From Lama glama (Eukaryota), in assembly GCA_028534125.1 (NCBI GenBank), contig CM052816.1, forward strand, positions 68,016,001-68,080,000: a stretch of 64,000 nt of DNA, written 5' to 3'. This document shows, in pieces, positions 13,270 to 25,660 of the stretch (position 1 is the stretch's first letter; every line of letters starts with the position of its first letter). A model generated the notes under the pieces. That model did not search any database. It was not told the DNA's origin and worked only from the letters and a program-made list of their open reading frames with translations. A program made the translations under genes and the position numbers.

Positions 13270-14360
13270 ATTTTTTCCTGCATCTACTTTTATATAATTC
13301 AAAATTCAAAAGGTACAAGAGGGATATAACAAAAGTCTCCCTTTGGATTCTATCCCCCAACAGCCTGTTTCTCCCATTGGAAAGCTGTGTTATCATTTTC
13401 TTATATATTCTTCCAGAGAAAGTTTATTTACATGTCAACAATGATATATATAATTATCCCCTTATTTAGTCAAGTGATAGAATACTATACACACTTCCCC
13501 TCCCCCGCACCTTGCTTTCCTTTCTGTGTAAGAATATATCTTGCAGATTATTCTATTGCATACCTCAAGAATTTCTAATCCCTCCTTTATAACTAAGTAA
13601 TATTCCATTTTATAGGTTTATAGTGATTTAGTTAGCATGTTTCCTAAGGTGAACAGCTAAGTTGTTTCTAATCTTTTGCTATTACAAACACTATTGTAGA
13701 GAATGACATTGCATTCATGTCATTATGTGCAAGTGTGAATAGGATAAACTTTAGAAGTGAAATTGCTATGTCAGAGTGTATGTCCATTTGTATATTTGAT
13801 AAATATTGTCTATTTGCCCTCCATAGAAGCTATACCATTTGTACCATTTTATATTCGTGTTGGCAATATACAAGAATATCTATTTCTCCACATCTTGTCA
13901 ACATAGCATGTTATCAAACATTTTTATCTTTGTCATTCTATTAGGTTAAAAAAGGAATTTCAATGTAATTTTAAAAAATATTAATTGAAATATGATATAT
14001 TCATAAAAGTACATTTATCATCAGTGTACAGCTTAATAAGTCTTCACAAACTAAACACATTGCATAACAAATGCTCAGTTCAAGAAGCAGCACAGAACCT
14101 ATAGTCCAGAAGCCCACTTTACATGTCTTTCCAGATCATGTAGTTTTTGTTTTTCTCTTATCATGAGTGAGAGTAACCAGCTTTTAAAAACTATGTCTTT
14201 TTTATTTTTAAATAATTTGAAATTGACTTAGCAGAAGTTAAGCATCATTTCATGTGTTGAAGAACATTTAAATTTCTTTTTCTCTGAACTGCATGTTCAT
14301 ATCTTTTGCTCAATTTTAGATTAGGCTGTTGGTATTTTTCTCCTTGATTTATAGAATTTA
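13270..14360 (-). mobile_element. L1ME-type 3' fragments, with a second L1M 3' end inserted at about 13970-14130
   Basis: 'tttgctattacaaaca...gaaattgctatgtcagag...tatttctccacatcttgtcaaca' is antisense old L1 3' region. Confidence 0.75.
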
Positions 14361-15547
14361 TGAGGAAATTTTAGTCAGAGTAGAAAAGATATGAGCGTTA
14401 TGCTGGAATTTATCAACTGTGGTTGACCCCTCAGAGTAGATATTCAGCATTTGAAACTCCAGAAAACCAGTAAGGAGTAGAGCAGCTCAATAACTGATAT
14501 AATCAGCCAAGGGAGTCTTCTTCCCTGGATCAGAGTCTGAGTAGCGCATTGCCTCTCTTTTGTCTGACTTGCAAGCTTGGCTGTCCCCCCACCCCCTACC
14601 CCAATAAAAAGCCTGGAGCAAGTAGGTTCTTCTGTCAAGTGGGTGATTTATTCTCAAGCATCAAGCAAATATTTTTCAGGTAACCAGTTGAAAACCAACC
14701 TGTTAAACAGGAATATCTGAGAAGACTCTCAGGAAACATTTGGCAAGAAGCCGCTTCCAGAAGAGAGGTGTCTGATCATGGATGAGCAACTGACCAGCAT
14801 TCTCCCAGATCCCTCATCCCTGTGCTCAGCTCAGCCACCATGGCAAGTAACAGCATCAATCTTTGCCTAGAGGTGCTGGTTCAGAAAGAGTCTCCTGGGG
14901 GAGGATACGCACAGGAGGAGAGTTTCCCTTGAAAACAAAAGCAAGTAGGAGTTTTCTGTTGTTTTTTTTTCCCCCTTCTTCTCTCGCTCTGACTGGACAG
15001 TAACCTCTCACCACATGCCTTCCAACAAACACTCATCACCCGATAAATCATGTGACCCTTTCTGTTTACTTAGAGGTGCTTGCCCAGCTGGAGCCTCTAA
15101 TCCAGACCCTGGTCTGTAACCAACTTCAGAGTGGTTTTCACTGGAAAGGGAACTTCTGAGAACCAGATAAGCAGCCTATTCATTTGCATAGAGGAGCTCC
15201 CCTGAGTCATTCCCTGGGCTGCAGGGAGAAGCTCTGAAAAGTCAGACAGTTTATGATGCTGCCAAAAAATGTCTTCTGGAGAATACTAGCCCTGTTCAGT
15301 CTCTACACAAGATGGAGTAGCTATAGAAAATCTCCTCTCAAAAGTAGCAAGTTCCTTTTTGAAACTTTGTTGAGTGCTTCACATTCTGGAATCAACAAAA
15401 TGCAAATCCCAAATACTTTTTTTGCTGAGTACTTTGACAAAACCTCTGACTAAGCAATTTTAACTCTGATTAAAAAAAAATGATTACTTATAATAAGAAG
15501 ATGGTGGAAGTTGCTTTGGACAAGATAAAATGGCTGGCTCCGAGTCC

Positions 15548-15758
15548 AGAGTGGTGTATCTCTGAGTGCACTAACGAACTTCCCAGGTCAGAAGCTCCTG
15601 GGGTGAGCACCGAGGAAGTTCCCCGGGCCTGAGGAATTAGAATTACAAGAAGTTGGGCCCCAGAAATATGCTACAAACAAACAAACAAACAAACAAACTA
15701 CAGCCACAAAATACTCATCAGGTGAAATGTTACATTTATTGACACATAACAACTCTGC
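15548..15758. mobile_element. MER5-like hAT-Charlie MITE with internal (AAAC)n at about 15673-15698
   Basis: 'tcagaagctcctggg...gggcc...gaattagaatt...gggccccagaaatatg...caggtga'. Confidence 0.4.
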
Positions 15759-17524
15759 TTCTGAAAACACCATTTTGAAGACCTAGAAATGGCCTTGTGG
15801 GGCCATGGACAACCAAGCTATAATATGAAGAACTTCTGGAAGGGACAGAGCCTTCACTCTGTGATCCACCTTTCCAAGGTTCTGTCAGCAGACAAGAGTG
15901 CAGTGGCTACCAAACAGACCATGGAGAGTAAACAAGACCCCTGCCAAAGGGATCACACATTACCTTTGGTAGGGAGTTCCTCCCTAATGGCCAAGAATAA
16001 ATGTCCCCACCTAGTGAACAGGAATTCATTTGATTTTAGAAAATAAAAAAATAACATTTCGCATCTAAGTGTTTTGTTTCATTTTCTGAAATTAAATTCA
16101 TGCCTGCTGTCCTAAAGTTAGAAGTTTGGTTTATCTCATACAACTTGGGACATTTGAGTAAACTCCAGTCTTGCCAGAAGGGTTCTAATGGAAATCTCCC
16201 CTAGGCCCTCCCTTCTCTCTGTTTTCCATCGGCCCCTCTGCTGCAAGAAGTGTATGTTTGTCTAGGGCATGCACACGTGCGTTGTCATTTTTCACCGAGG
16301 AGCTTCTAGTAATATCTAAGTGAGTTTCTGAAACTTCTAAGCTGGACTTTTTTTTTTTTTATCCTGAAGCAAATAAAGCCTGAGCAGCGGCGAGGCATCT
16401 TCAAAGAGTCATGTGTACTCAGCAACTTTAGTGTGTTAGTTTGTCTTCCAATCTGCCTCACTCAGGGTGCTTATCTCTTAGAAAGGGAGATTATTACCAC
16501 ACAGACTGGGCTGGAAACCGCTTCGCTGACAGGTTTAAGAGTCTTAACAAAATAAACAGCAGAAAAGGCAAAACTGTGTGCAAAATGGATTCACGTGGGA
16601 GGGCGGCTGAGGTGGGGGTGAGTGCTGGCATTTCCTTCCGACCAACCACTTGTCTCCTTGTATAGAGACAGCTCTTAAACTGACAAGCCCTTCACCATAC
16701 CTGCTGATCTGGTTTATGATTCATGCCTTAAAAGAACCCTAAAGTTGTGGCAATTACTCTTCCTGTTTTTCATAGCCAGAAAGCTATACAAATAATAGAA
16801 TCATGGCTTCAAGTTCCTCCTCATCTTGCTTAAAGGGACCTGGTTAAAGAATCTTTTCCTTGAATTTGACAGAATCTGAATTATAACAGTAAATGCAAAT
16901 TTGCAAGCAACTGGAGGGCAAGAGAGTGTCAATTATTTTTCTCTCCCTCCCAGCACCTCCTAGCACCTTACTAGGAAAATGTAAGGTGCTCCATAATGTT
17001 TAGTCATACGATTAAGTGGATGGATAAATCTGCTGTCTCATTTTAACAGTACTCTGAAGTTTGAGGAGGTAAAAGTGCTTATGCATATAAACTTATTCTT
17101 GTTTCTAATACTGGTGGCAATATTTTAAGTTAACGCTGAACAAAGGAGCAAGTTAGAATGCTTAACACCTAACCTAGCTTTCATTAAGAGAAAAGGGATC
17201 TATTTAGATGGGACTTATTTATTGTTTGAAGGGCATTTCAGGATAACTAAAATGGTTGTCAGTAATTAAAGTCTTAATTCTTCCATTCTCAGAAGAGTTT
17301 GGGAGATTCGGGTAGAAACTGTCCCAAAGTTCAAAAATTCAGGGTAGAATTCGAGTGGTTTCTAGAATTAAGAAAATGGATGGTTTCATCTCCTTTTGGA
17401 AGAACTGGAGTCTGGTGATTTAGGTAAGAGACCCCTCTCACACCTAGCCTCTGACTAATTGGCCCTGCAGTGATCAGGTCCTTCCAAAAGAGCATGAGGA
17501 CATATGACCTATTGTTAGGATTTT

Positions 17525-17745
17525 AGGATAGGAGTCAGGCAGGAATTGAATTCTGATTCCATGTCTTACTCTGTGATCTTGAACTATAGACTCTGCTTTC
17601 TGAATCTTCATTTCCTCATCTATAAAAGGGGGGCTGTAAAAGATCGCAGCAAGGATTAAATGGGGTAATATATTTCAACATAAATGAAGTGACTGGCACG
17701 TCATAAACTCTTATAAGTGGTAGCTATTTGCGATTATTATTATTG
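17525..17745 (+). mobile_element. MIR SINE
   Basis: 'ggagtcaggcag...ttgaattctgattcc...ctgtgatctt...tttcctcatctataaaa...aggattaaatg'. Confidence 0.8.
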
Positions 17746-18309
17746 CCATCATTACCGTCATCACCAATTCCCCATACCAGAACATTGTGGAACACAGGTT
17801 TTGATAAAGATCACTATTAAGATCTGTTCTGAGAGGGTGGGTCCTGAATCCATGAAAATGTACTTACTTTTCATGGACCTCAATCCACTTAGTTATCATA
17901 GATGTGGGCAGAGGTTATGTCAGTCAAGGATAAACTCTCAAGAAAGGGGTGTGCACCCAAGCACAGACACCCTTTGGCCTCTGCAGCTCTGGTAGATTCA
18001 ATGTTTTTTTCCTTAATTTTGTTTTCAAAGGGACTCATTAGGGAACATCCAATCACAGTCAACACTGTTTACTTTTTGCTACCAGCCTTATCCCCTCACC
18101 ACCACCAAAAAATAAAATGAAAAGTAATAGATGACATTATGTTCAAAGATGGCTTTTGCTTGAAACCACTGGTTTACAGTGTTAGGGAAGCAGCTAAGCC
18201 AGTGGACAGGCCCGATTCAGACACCAGCTTGGCTGCTTTCGGCTTCTCCAAGAGTTAGGAAAACTTGCTTCCCAAAGCATATTAGTAGCCAATACTCGCA
18301 TATGTTTAT

Positions 18310-18510
18310 GGTGTGTCCTTTATATATATTAGCTACTTTGGTTCTCTCAACAGTCCTATAGGCAGGTAATATTATTAACCCACTTTACAGAGGAGGGAAA
18401 TGAGGCATAGAAAGGCTAAGTGTCTTCTCCAAGATCTGATAAATGTCAGCAGATATTTATCTAAGTCAGTGTGATGCCAGGCCTGGCAACCCCCAACCCC
18501 TTGAACAGTG
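18310..18510 (-). mobile_element. MIR SINE
   Basis: 'ctcaacagtcctataggcaggtaatattattaacccactttacagaggagggaaatgaggcatagaaaggctaagtg'. Confidence 0.8.
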
Positions 18511-19334
18511 CTCTCCTGCCTTCAGGGCTATCTTGGAGAGGAAGGTGGCCTGGCACAGGAAATGTTTGGATATAAAACTAGAAGGCCAGGCCTTAAGTTC
18601 TGCATCTTCGATAAGCTAGCAATGTGACCATCTCTTTGCCATTGGAGCTCAAGTACCTCATATGTAGAATGGGGAGGTGGTTGTATTAGAGTAGCTATTA
18701 CTGAGGCCACTTCCAACCCCTCCTCAGTCTGTGACTTCTTTCCCCCAGCTAGGTCCCCAGCACCCTGAATTCACCGACTGGGGAGCATCATGGCTTTATG
18801 GCTCAGCATTACTAGGTTTTCTGGAGAGTGAAGAGGGAAGAAAAGAAAAGCAAAATGGCACTCCAAGATAAAACAAAATAATGAATCAGTCTCTCTTGCC
18901 GACTCCCCAGGAAAAAGAATGAATCTCTTTTGGACTTCCTGCAAAAGCAAAGAAAAGCCTTTAATTTCAGAGCCAAAGCTATTTGTATACTGTCTCAATG
19001 TCCTTTCACCGAGAGCTCATCGCACAAACAATAGCAAAGGCAAACGAAAGACAGGCTATTGTTTTGTTGTATTTATATCCCTAATGTAGGAAACAGCATG
19101 AAAATATTGTTAAGGAAACTCAGTAAGTCTCTGCTCCAGGGTATGTATATAGTTTTGGTGCCAAAAGCAGCAGAGCCAGATGTTGGAGGACATGATCCCC
19201 CTGATAAAACAAAAGAGAAACATGTTGGAATTCCATAAGGAGGGGAAGAGCTGGGAGTAATCACTCAGGTATCCATGAAGCAAGCTATTAAAGAGGCTAT
19301 GTAGCAAACAGCTTTCTCTTTCATTGTCAGTGCA

Positions 19335-19535
19335 GATGCCACTGCCTGACAGCTTTGTGATTTTGGACTAAATTGTCATTTCTCTGTTACTCAGTGTCTT
19401 CATCCATGAAATGGGGATAATAAGAGTGCCTAGCTCACAGGGCTGTGGTGGAAATTAATTTAATATATGTAAATGACATAGAACTGTGTCTGGTATGTTA
19501 TGTGCTAAATACCTACTGTTAGCTAATATTTTTAT
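19335..19535 (+). mobile_element. MIR SINE
   Basis: 'ctcagtgtcttcatccatgaaatggggataataagagtgcctagctcacagggctgtggtg'. Confidence 0.8.
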
Positions 19536-19846
19536 TACATATAGTTCTATGAGATGGCCTTCTTATAATCCAAGAGCTATAATTATAAATATCCATCACC
19601 ATTTTAGGGAGACTGTGTGGTACAATCAAACTACTGTTGGTACTGCCACTGGACAAACTCAGATGGAGATCCTGGCTCCATCACTTATCAGCCCTCACCC
19701 TGAGCAAGGTTGCAGAAACAGTGAGGTCACAGGGGTCAAAGTTTAAGGTTTGTGAGGATTATGGTCCTGCTCCAGGTAATCTGTGAATACTGTATTGTCC
19801 TGACCTGTGGGATCCCTCTTAAGACTCTTTCCTCCATCATTGCTGA

Positions 19847-19872
19847 AATCATCATCATCATCATCATCATCA
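19847..19872. repeat. (ATC)n trinucleotide STR
   Basis: atcatcatcatcatcatcatcatca. Confidence 0.9.
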
Positions 19873-20000
19873 AGTTATAAGAAAAGTGGACATTTGTCAT
19901 TTTTATCCTCCAAACTCCTCTCCAGTCTTCCACTCCCCAAAGAATGACCATCAGGGTTGGAAGTACCTAAATAAACCAGTTCATCAAAGGTGTAGAAGAA

Positions 20001-20635
20001 TTCTTTTTTAATTGAGGTGAAATTCATATAACATAAAATTAATCATTTTAAAGCAATAAATTTTGTGGCATTTAGGATATTCACATGTTATGCAACCATC
20101 ACCTCTGTCTAGTTCCAAAACATTTTCATCACCCCCAAAGGAGACCCCTGTACCCAGTAAGCAGTCACTTCCCATTCCTCCCTCCTTCTCAGCCCCTGGC
20201 AACCTTAGTTGGCTTTCTGTCTCTGTGGGTTCACCTATTCTGGATATTTCATATAAATGGCCTTATATTTCATATAATGTATGGCCTTTTGCGTCTGTCT
20301 TCTTTCACTTAGCATAAATTTTACAGGTCTATCCATGTTGTAGCAGGTACTTCATTCCTTTTTGTGGCTGAATAATAAATATTCCATTGTATGTATACAC
20401 CACATTTTGTTTATCCATTCATTGGTAGATGGACTCTGGTTCTTTTTACCTTCTGGCTATTGTGAATAATGCTGCTGTGGACATTGGTATACAAGTATTT
20501 GTTTGAATACCTGTTTTCACTTCTTTTGGGTGTATACCCAGGAGTGAAATTGTTGGGTCATACAGTAATGCTGTGTTTAACTTTTTGAGGAACTACTAAA
20601 TTGTTTTCCATAGATATTGTACTACTTTATGTTCA
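20001..20635 (-). mobile_element. L1MB-type 3' end
   Basis: Poly-T, then 'attgaggtgaaattcatataacataaaatt...ttccaaaacattttcatcacccc...tgtcttctttcacttagcata...ccacattttgtttatccattca'. Confidence 0.9.
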
Positions 20636-23099
20636 GTAGAGGGCTTTAATGTTGAAAAAATAGTCCTGGTGGTTGAAATTTTCTCCTTTCTAATCCAGCT
20701 TGGCCAATGGAGTAGAAGGACTGCCCAGTGGGTTGAAGGGACAGTGGATTAGGGCCTGTATTTCTCTGCTGCCTCTGTAATTCTTAGTTGTAGGAAGACA
20801 CTAACTCTGCCCTTTGAAAAGCTCATTCTACTAAACCAGCCAGGAAGTGGGGAGTATACAGAAAACTATGAACGTGACCCAGTGTAAATAAGAGGCCATT
20901 CTATAGACCATTATATGTAGATGGTTTTGAATCCTAATTGCTTTCTTAAAAGAGAACCATGGTATCCTTGAACATTTATTCATGGAAGTAACTGACCACA
21001 ATCTTGAGGTCTCTTGAGTATTTGCTATGTGATGTTGTATTACAAGCAACTTGAAGGGCAGCATATGTCAGAACCCTCTCTTAGTGGGTAGGGGCAGATT
21101 AGGCCTTCCAGGAGCACCTGCCGTAGAGGTCAATGGATAGGGCAAGCAAGTTACTAAAGTAGCTAGAAAAGTAGGGCCTGAGGGAGAGCATGGAGGGTCA
21201 GGGTCAGAATCAGGAAAGTTCCATGTCTGTCATTAGATATGAGAAGCAAGGGCAGAGTGGAAGTAGGAGATAGAACAAGGCATCAGGAGTCAGGGGGTAA
21301 GTCTGCAATCTAGTAAGGCAAAAAACAAACGGTTCTGGATGACGCATTAACTATGGATGGGGTTGGGATGCCCCAAGTTCATTCTTCTCAGGGACTATTC
21401 CATTAAATATAGGGACAGTCAGAGTCAAAGACAGTGTCTGGGCAGGCAATGAGCAGTCCTTCTCAACAGGTTCCTGTGAGAGCTTATTAAATGAGTGTTC
21501 AGTGAATGATTTAACTTTACCCAGATGTCTTTGCAAAGATATTGATTGATAACAAGAATAGATTGTAAAACTCGTGACCTGGCAAATGCCAAGTCTCCTT
21601 CCTCTGAAAACAATCACCATAGCATATTCTTTTCTAAGTTTTCAAAAACTATAAGAATAACTGGATCCCAAACAGGCCCTCAGTTTATTCCTAAGAAGGA
21701 GCTACTTCTCATTTTCCTGAGGCATTGTAGCAAATGATATTCTATGGTAGGTAGGTGGATATAAAAACACCAAGAAGTTCATTTCAGGCCAAAGGTAACT
21801 ATTGCTTGCTGCCCTCACATCTTTCTTTGCTGGGAACTCCACCAAATCCCCAAGATATGGGAAATCTTGTGGGGACCTAGAAGGGTCCCAGGACCTGACT
21901 GAGGTGATCTCTATCATCTTTGGGATGATTGGAGAGCAGTTCTCAGTAGGTCATGAAAGCCTCACTTAGCCGGGCTAATGAACTCAGGTCTAAACCACCA
22001 CAGAGCAAAATGGGCCTTTCTTGACACTCCTTTGTTCCTCTAGGTCAAGAAACAACTCTGTCCCTTGGAACTGAGCAGTGTTTATAGAAGAGTCAACTAA
22101 GAGACCTTGTGGCCTTATACATGGAATACCTGATTCAGCTCTCTAAAACATTTCTCTATAGGCACTAACTTGGAGGGAATGTCTTCTACAGCTCAAGCCA
22201 GAAGCTCTTGCTCTGGCTATACTGTTAATGGCAGTATGTTGAGTAAGAGAGGTGTGAGAGATGAGAATGTGCGATCCAGGATCCAGCCTGGAGGGAAGAG
22301 ACGTGGGCTTCTTAGAGCCCTCTGGAGTAGGGGTCAGTGAACTGACCTTAGATAGTGTCTCCTGTATCAGGGCATAAAAACAGCTGAAGATTTGACCCTC
22401 TCCACCCTTTTTTTCCTTTCGGGGAGTTGTATACAACTTGGAAAGCAGATCAAGGACATCCTGGCTCCCAGCTGACTGCCCCACCTGTGGCCTAGAGGCC
22501 TGGAGGCCACCCCTCTCCCCTGCTAGCAGGCAGAGGTTCCCAAGTTCACAGAGCTAGCTTCTCTTCCCCTGGCTTTCTGCTCTCTTGTGGAATGCCCTTT
22601 CCAGACCTTTTCCTCCATAGGCAGCTCTTTCCAGGGCTATCTCGAGACTCCAGTCCAAGTTTTGGGGGAGTGAAAAAGTGAAAGCATACATCTTAGAGCA
22701 GCAGGGACCAGCTGCTGGGTCAACTCTCCTGAAAACAGAGCTTCCTGTGGAGCGCCTGGAGCATCTCAGAATCTGCCATCTGACGTCCTGCCAGTTTTTC
22801 TAATTGTCTTTTTAAAAATGATAATATGAAAATAAGATGTTTTCATTTGAAAGAAAAGAGGGAGTGGGGAGAGACAGAAAGAGAGAGAGAAAAGAAATTA
22901 ACTATTAAGGTTCTCCATGGACAGGGAAGTTAGGGGGGAAATTTTAGGAACTCCCTGGAAGATTTTTATTGTATTTACCCTGCCACTCTGCCAAGGCGAG
23001 GTTGAGAAGTCTTTGCGCCTGATGCACTGTTCAAAGCACTGTGTGCTTAATAGGGTGACACAAATGTCTCTGTTTCTTTTTGACCAAAAGCCATAGGGA

Positions 23100-23760
23100 G
23101 GCCGTCCCCCTCCTGCCAGCCCCCACCCCACGCCCCAGGACAGTCTCGGAGGGCCCTGCCAATCGGTTCCGTTCTCTGCACCAAATTCGTTCCCAGCCCC
23201 AGGCCAAGCCCAGGGCCGGAAGGGCCGAGGCCGCAGCTTAACGGCAGAGGGGCCTCGGAGGGAGGGAGGAGGGGTGGCTGTTCCCAACTGCTCGGCTTGG
23301 AGAGATACAGAGCCTGAGCTTTGCTACCGTGGGCTCTGCCTGAATCACGCCGTATGATGCTTCTGCCAAACGAAACTGTGTGTGTGTATCTGGGGGTGGG
23401 GGTGGGGTGTTGGTTGTCCGGCGATTCCCTGCTTTCCTGTCCCCAAGCCGCGCTCGCTCTCCCCCTCCCACCTCTGGCCCTCCTGGGCCCCGGGAACAGC
23501 GCTCGGCCGGCCGAGGTCAGCTGGCTGCCTTTGTGGCTGCTTCCCAGGAAGGAAGAAGCGTTGTCTGCAGATCAGTTTATCAGCTGGCTTTCCTGTGCCG
23601 GAGCGCCGCCGTTTTCCGGGGACGGCTGCCACCCCCGTGATTCCCAGCCTGGGCTGCCGGTGGTGCGTGAGAGCCGGATAAATAGGCCATTGTCAGGCCG
23701 CTCAGAATCCAGGTTCCTTATCAAATTATCCACCAGCGAGAAAGACATTCCGCCCCTGCT
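23100..23760. promoter_or_regulatory. CpG island (orphan; promoter or enhancer of an unidentified transcript)
   Basis: Sharp rise in GC and CpG over about 650 bp, repeat-free; CCAAT 23159-63, ETS-like CCGGAAG 23216-22, GATA sites TTATCA 23577-82 and 23718-23, SOX-like CCATTGT 23687-93. Confidence 0.75.
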
Positions 23761-24346
23761 GCCTGTCATCTAGGCTTTTCTTTTTCTCTCTCTGCAATTA
23801 CAGCCATTTCAGTTTTTGTTGCTGTTGTTTTTGGTTTTTGGGGCTCCACTCCTCCTCCTGAGTTTTGAAGGGAATATCCAGAAAGCAATTTACTCATGCA
23901 TACTGTGTTAGGGCAGGACTTCGGGGCGTGTCTCCTAACAGTGTTTTCACTGGGGTTTTAGTTTGCAACCTTGAATTTAAGCTTCTTTGACTTTGGTATG
24001 TGATGTTTCTACTTTCCCATTCCCCATACAGGCGCATCATTCAACACCAACTGCAAGTCCTAGGGAGGCAGTGAGGGTTTTCTTGTGGGTTTTGTGGGGT
24101 GTTTTGTTTTGAGTTCTTTTAGATAGCCTTGAACTGCTTTATGGACACTGAGGACTTTGAAGGGGGAAAAACACTAGTGAAAACTGGCTATCTGATGGAG
24201 GCTACGAGGAAGTGTAGTAGTTCTGGGGAGGGCTAATGCTAAGGGGTAATCGTGTCTGTTTTCTGTTTTTCTGCTGCAGCAGCTGGCCTGTCGGTGGAGG
24301 AGTTGGAGATCCTTAGTACTTGACTTATTAGGTAGTCATTAGCTGC

Positions 24347-24490
24347 CAGAGCTGGTTTTAGGGCCTATCACCTATACTGTTGGCACAGGGTCCCTTGCTT
24401 GGAAGGGGATCCATGCTTGTTCTGCTGTCATCATCTTGAAAAGTTTAATAATTTTTGTATTTTTGATTCACAGATTATATAGCAATCCTG
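24347..24490 (+). mobile_element. MER91A-like hAT-Tip100 MITE
   Basis: 'cagagctgg...gcacagggtccc...tctgctgtcatcatcttgaaaagtttaataatttttg...attatatagcaatcctg' matches the recalled MER91A layout with CAG...CTG ends. Confidence 0.7.
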
Positions 24491-25419
24491 TAAGTAGGAT
24501 CTTGTGCTCCTTTGAATAAACTTGAAGAAGTTTGAATAAGTTCCCATTTGAGATTAACTGCTGAAGGTGATTCTCTTTGTTTTCAAAATGTCTACTGTAA
24601 CTGTTCTGATGGATTAGAGAATGATCTGTAAACTAAACTGGACCCCCTGGCATCATGGCTTCCGCAGCGGGCTAAACCTGCCCACTGCCAGAACAAGAAA
24701 GTGCTTCCAGGCAAGACTTGGCATCTTTCTATCCGCTCAGAGTGTTTACTTGAGTAAGCTTAGAATATACACTCCTCAAAGACCTAGTGATTCTTGTAAT
24801 AAGATGCTCATTTGTGCAGTTATCACTTGTCTTTCCTTTCATCCACTCTGAAATGCCTGGCTTCCACATCTGGAGCTCAGAGCAGGGTTGAAAATGGGCT
24901 CATCCTATCAAAAATCTCCCATGGTTTTGGAGACTGTGTTTAACACTTTCAGCACCTAAACAACTCTTGGGAAAATACTCTGAATCTGGGACTTGGCCCT
25001 CCTGAGAGACAGGGGAGGGAAGGTGGGAAAATTCTTAATAAATAAGCAAAATTCTATTTTTCTAGAAATAATTTGTATAAAAATAATTGTCTTGGCTTAA
25101 TGAGACAAATACTCCCTTCCAGAGTATATTCATTCATTTGCTTACTCCTTCTCACTAATTTATGACTTTGCTTTTCATTCACTAAACAAAGATTCTATCA
25201 GACTGGTACTGGGCAATGTATTGTGATACAATGATAAAGGAGAAGGGGGTTCAGAATAGTGGGGCTATAAATAAGTAAACAGAGTAAATGACATGTTATA
25301 GGTGCTAAGGTAGAAGTAGCTATCAGGATACTTTAGGGCCATAAAGGAGTTAATGGAATCAATTCTACTTGCTTATCATTTATGAGTATGATATTTTTCT
25401 TCATGAACATTAACATTAT

Positions 25420-25660
25420 TGTTATTGCTAATAGACAACATTTATAAAGTATTTGACAGGCGCTAAGCATTTTTTAAGCATTTTCTCAGCTGTCTTGAAA
25501 TATGATGAATTAGCTTCATTTAGAAACCCCATTTTATAGAAGAAACTGAGGTTGGGACATGAAATAAATTGCTAAAGGCCACCTGGTTCCTAAGAGGTAG
25601 AGTCAGGTTTTGATACAGCTGTTCTCCAAAGTGCACCTTCTCAACTGAGGCTACACTGCT
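25420..25660 (-). mobile_element. MIR SINE
   Basis: 'cccattttatagaagaaactgaggtt...aaataaattgctaaaggccac'. Confidence 0.7.

Noticed and set aside
16962..16990. Perfect 10-bp hairpin agcaccttac/gtaaggtgct containing a miR-18-like seed
   Set aside because: It lies in a degenerate L2 3' end, is too short for a pre-miRNA, and the rest does not match miR-18.
22898..23773. Overlapping ORFs of 65-150 aa across the CpG island
   Set aside because: GC-rich DNA is poor in stop codons; the peptides are low-complexity and unrecognisable.
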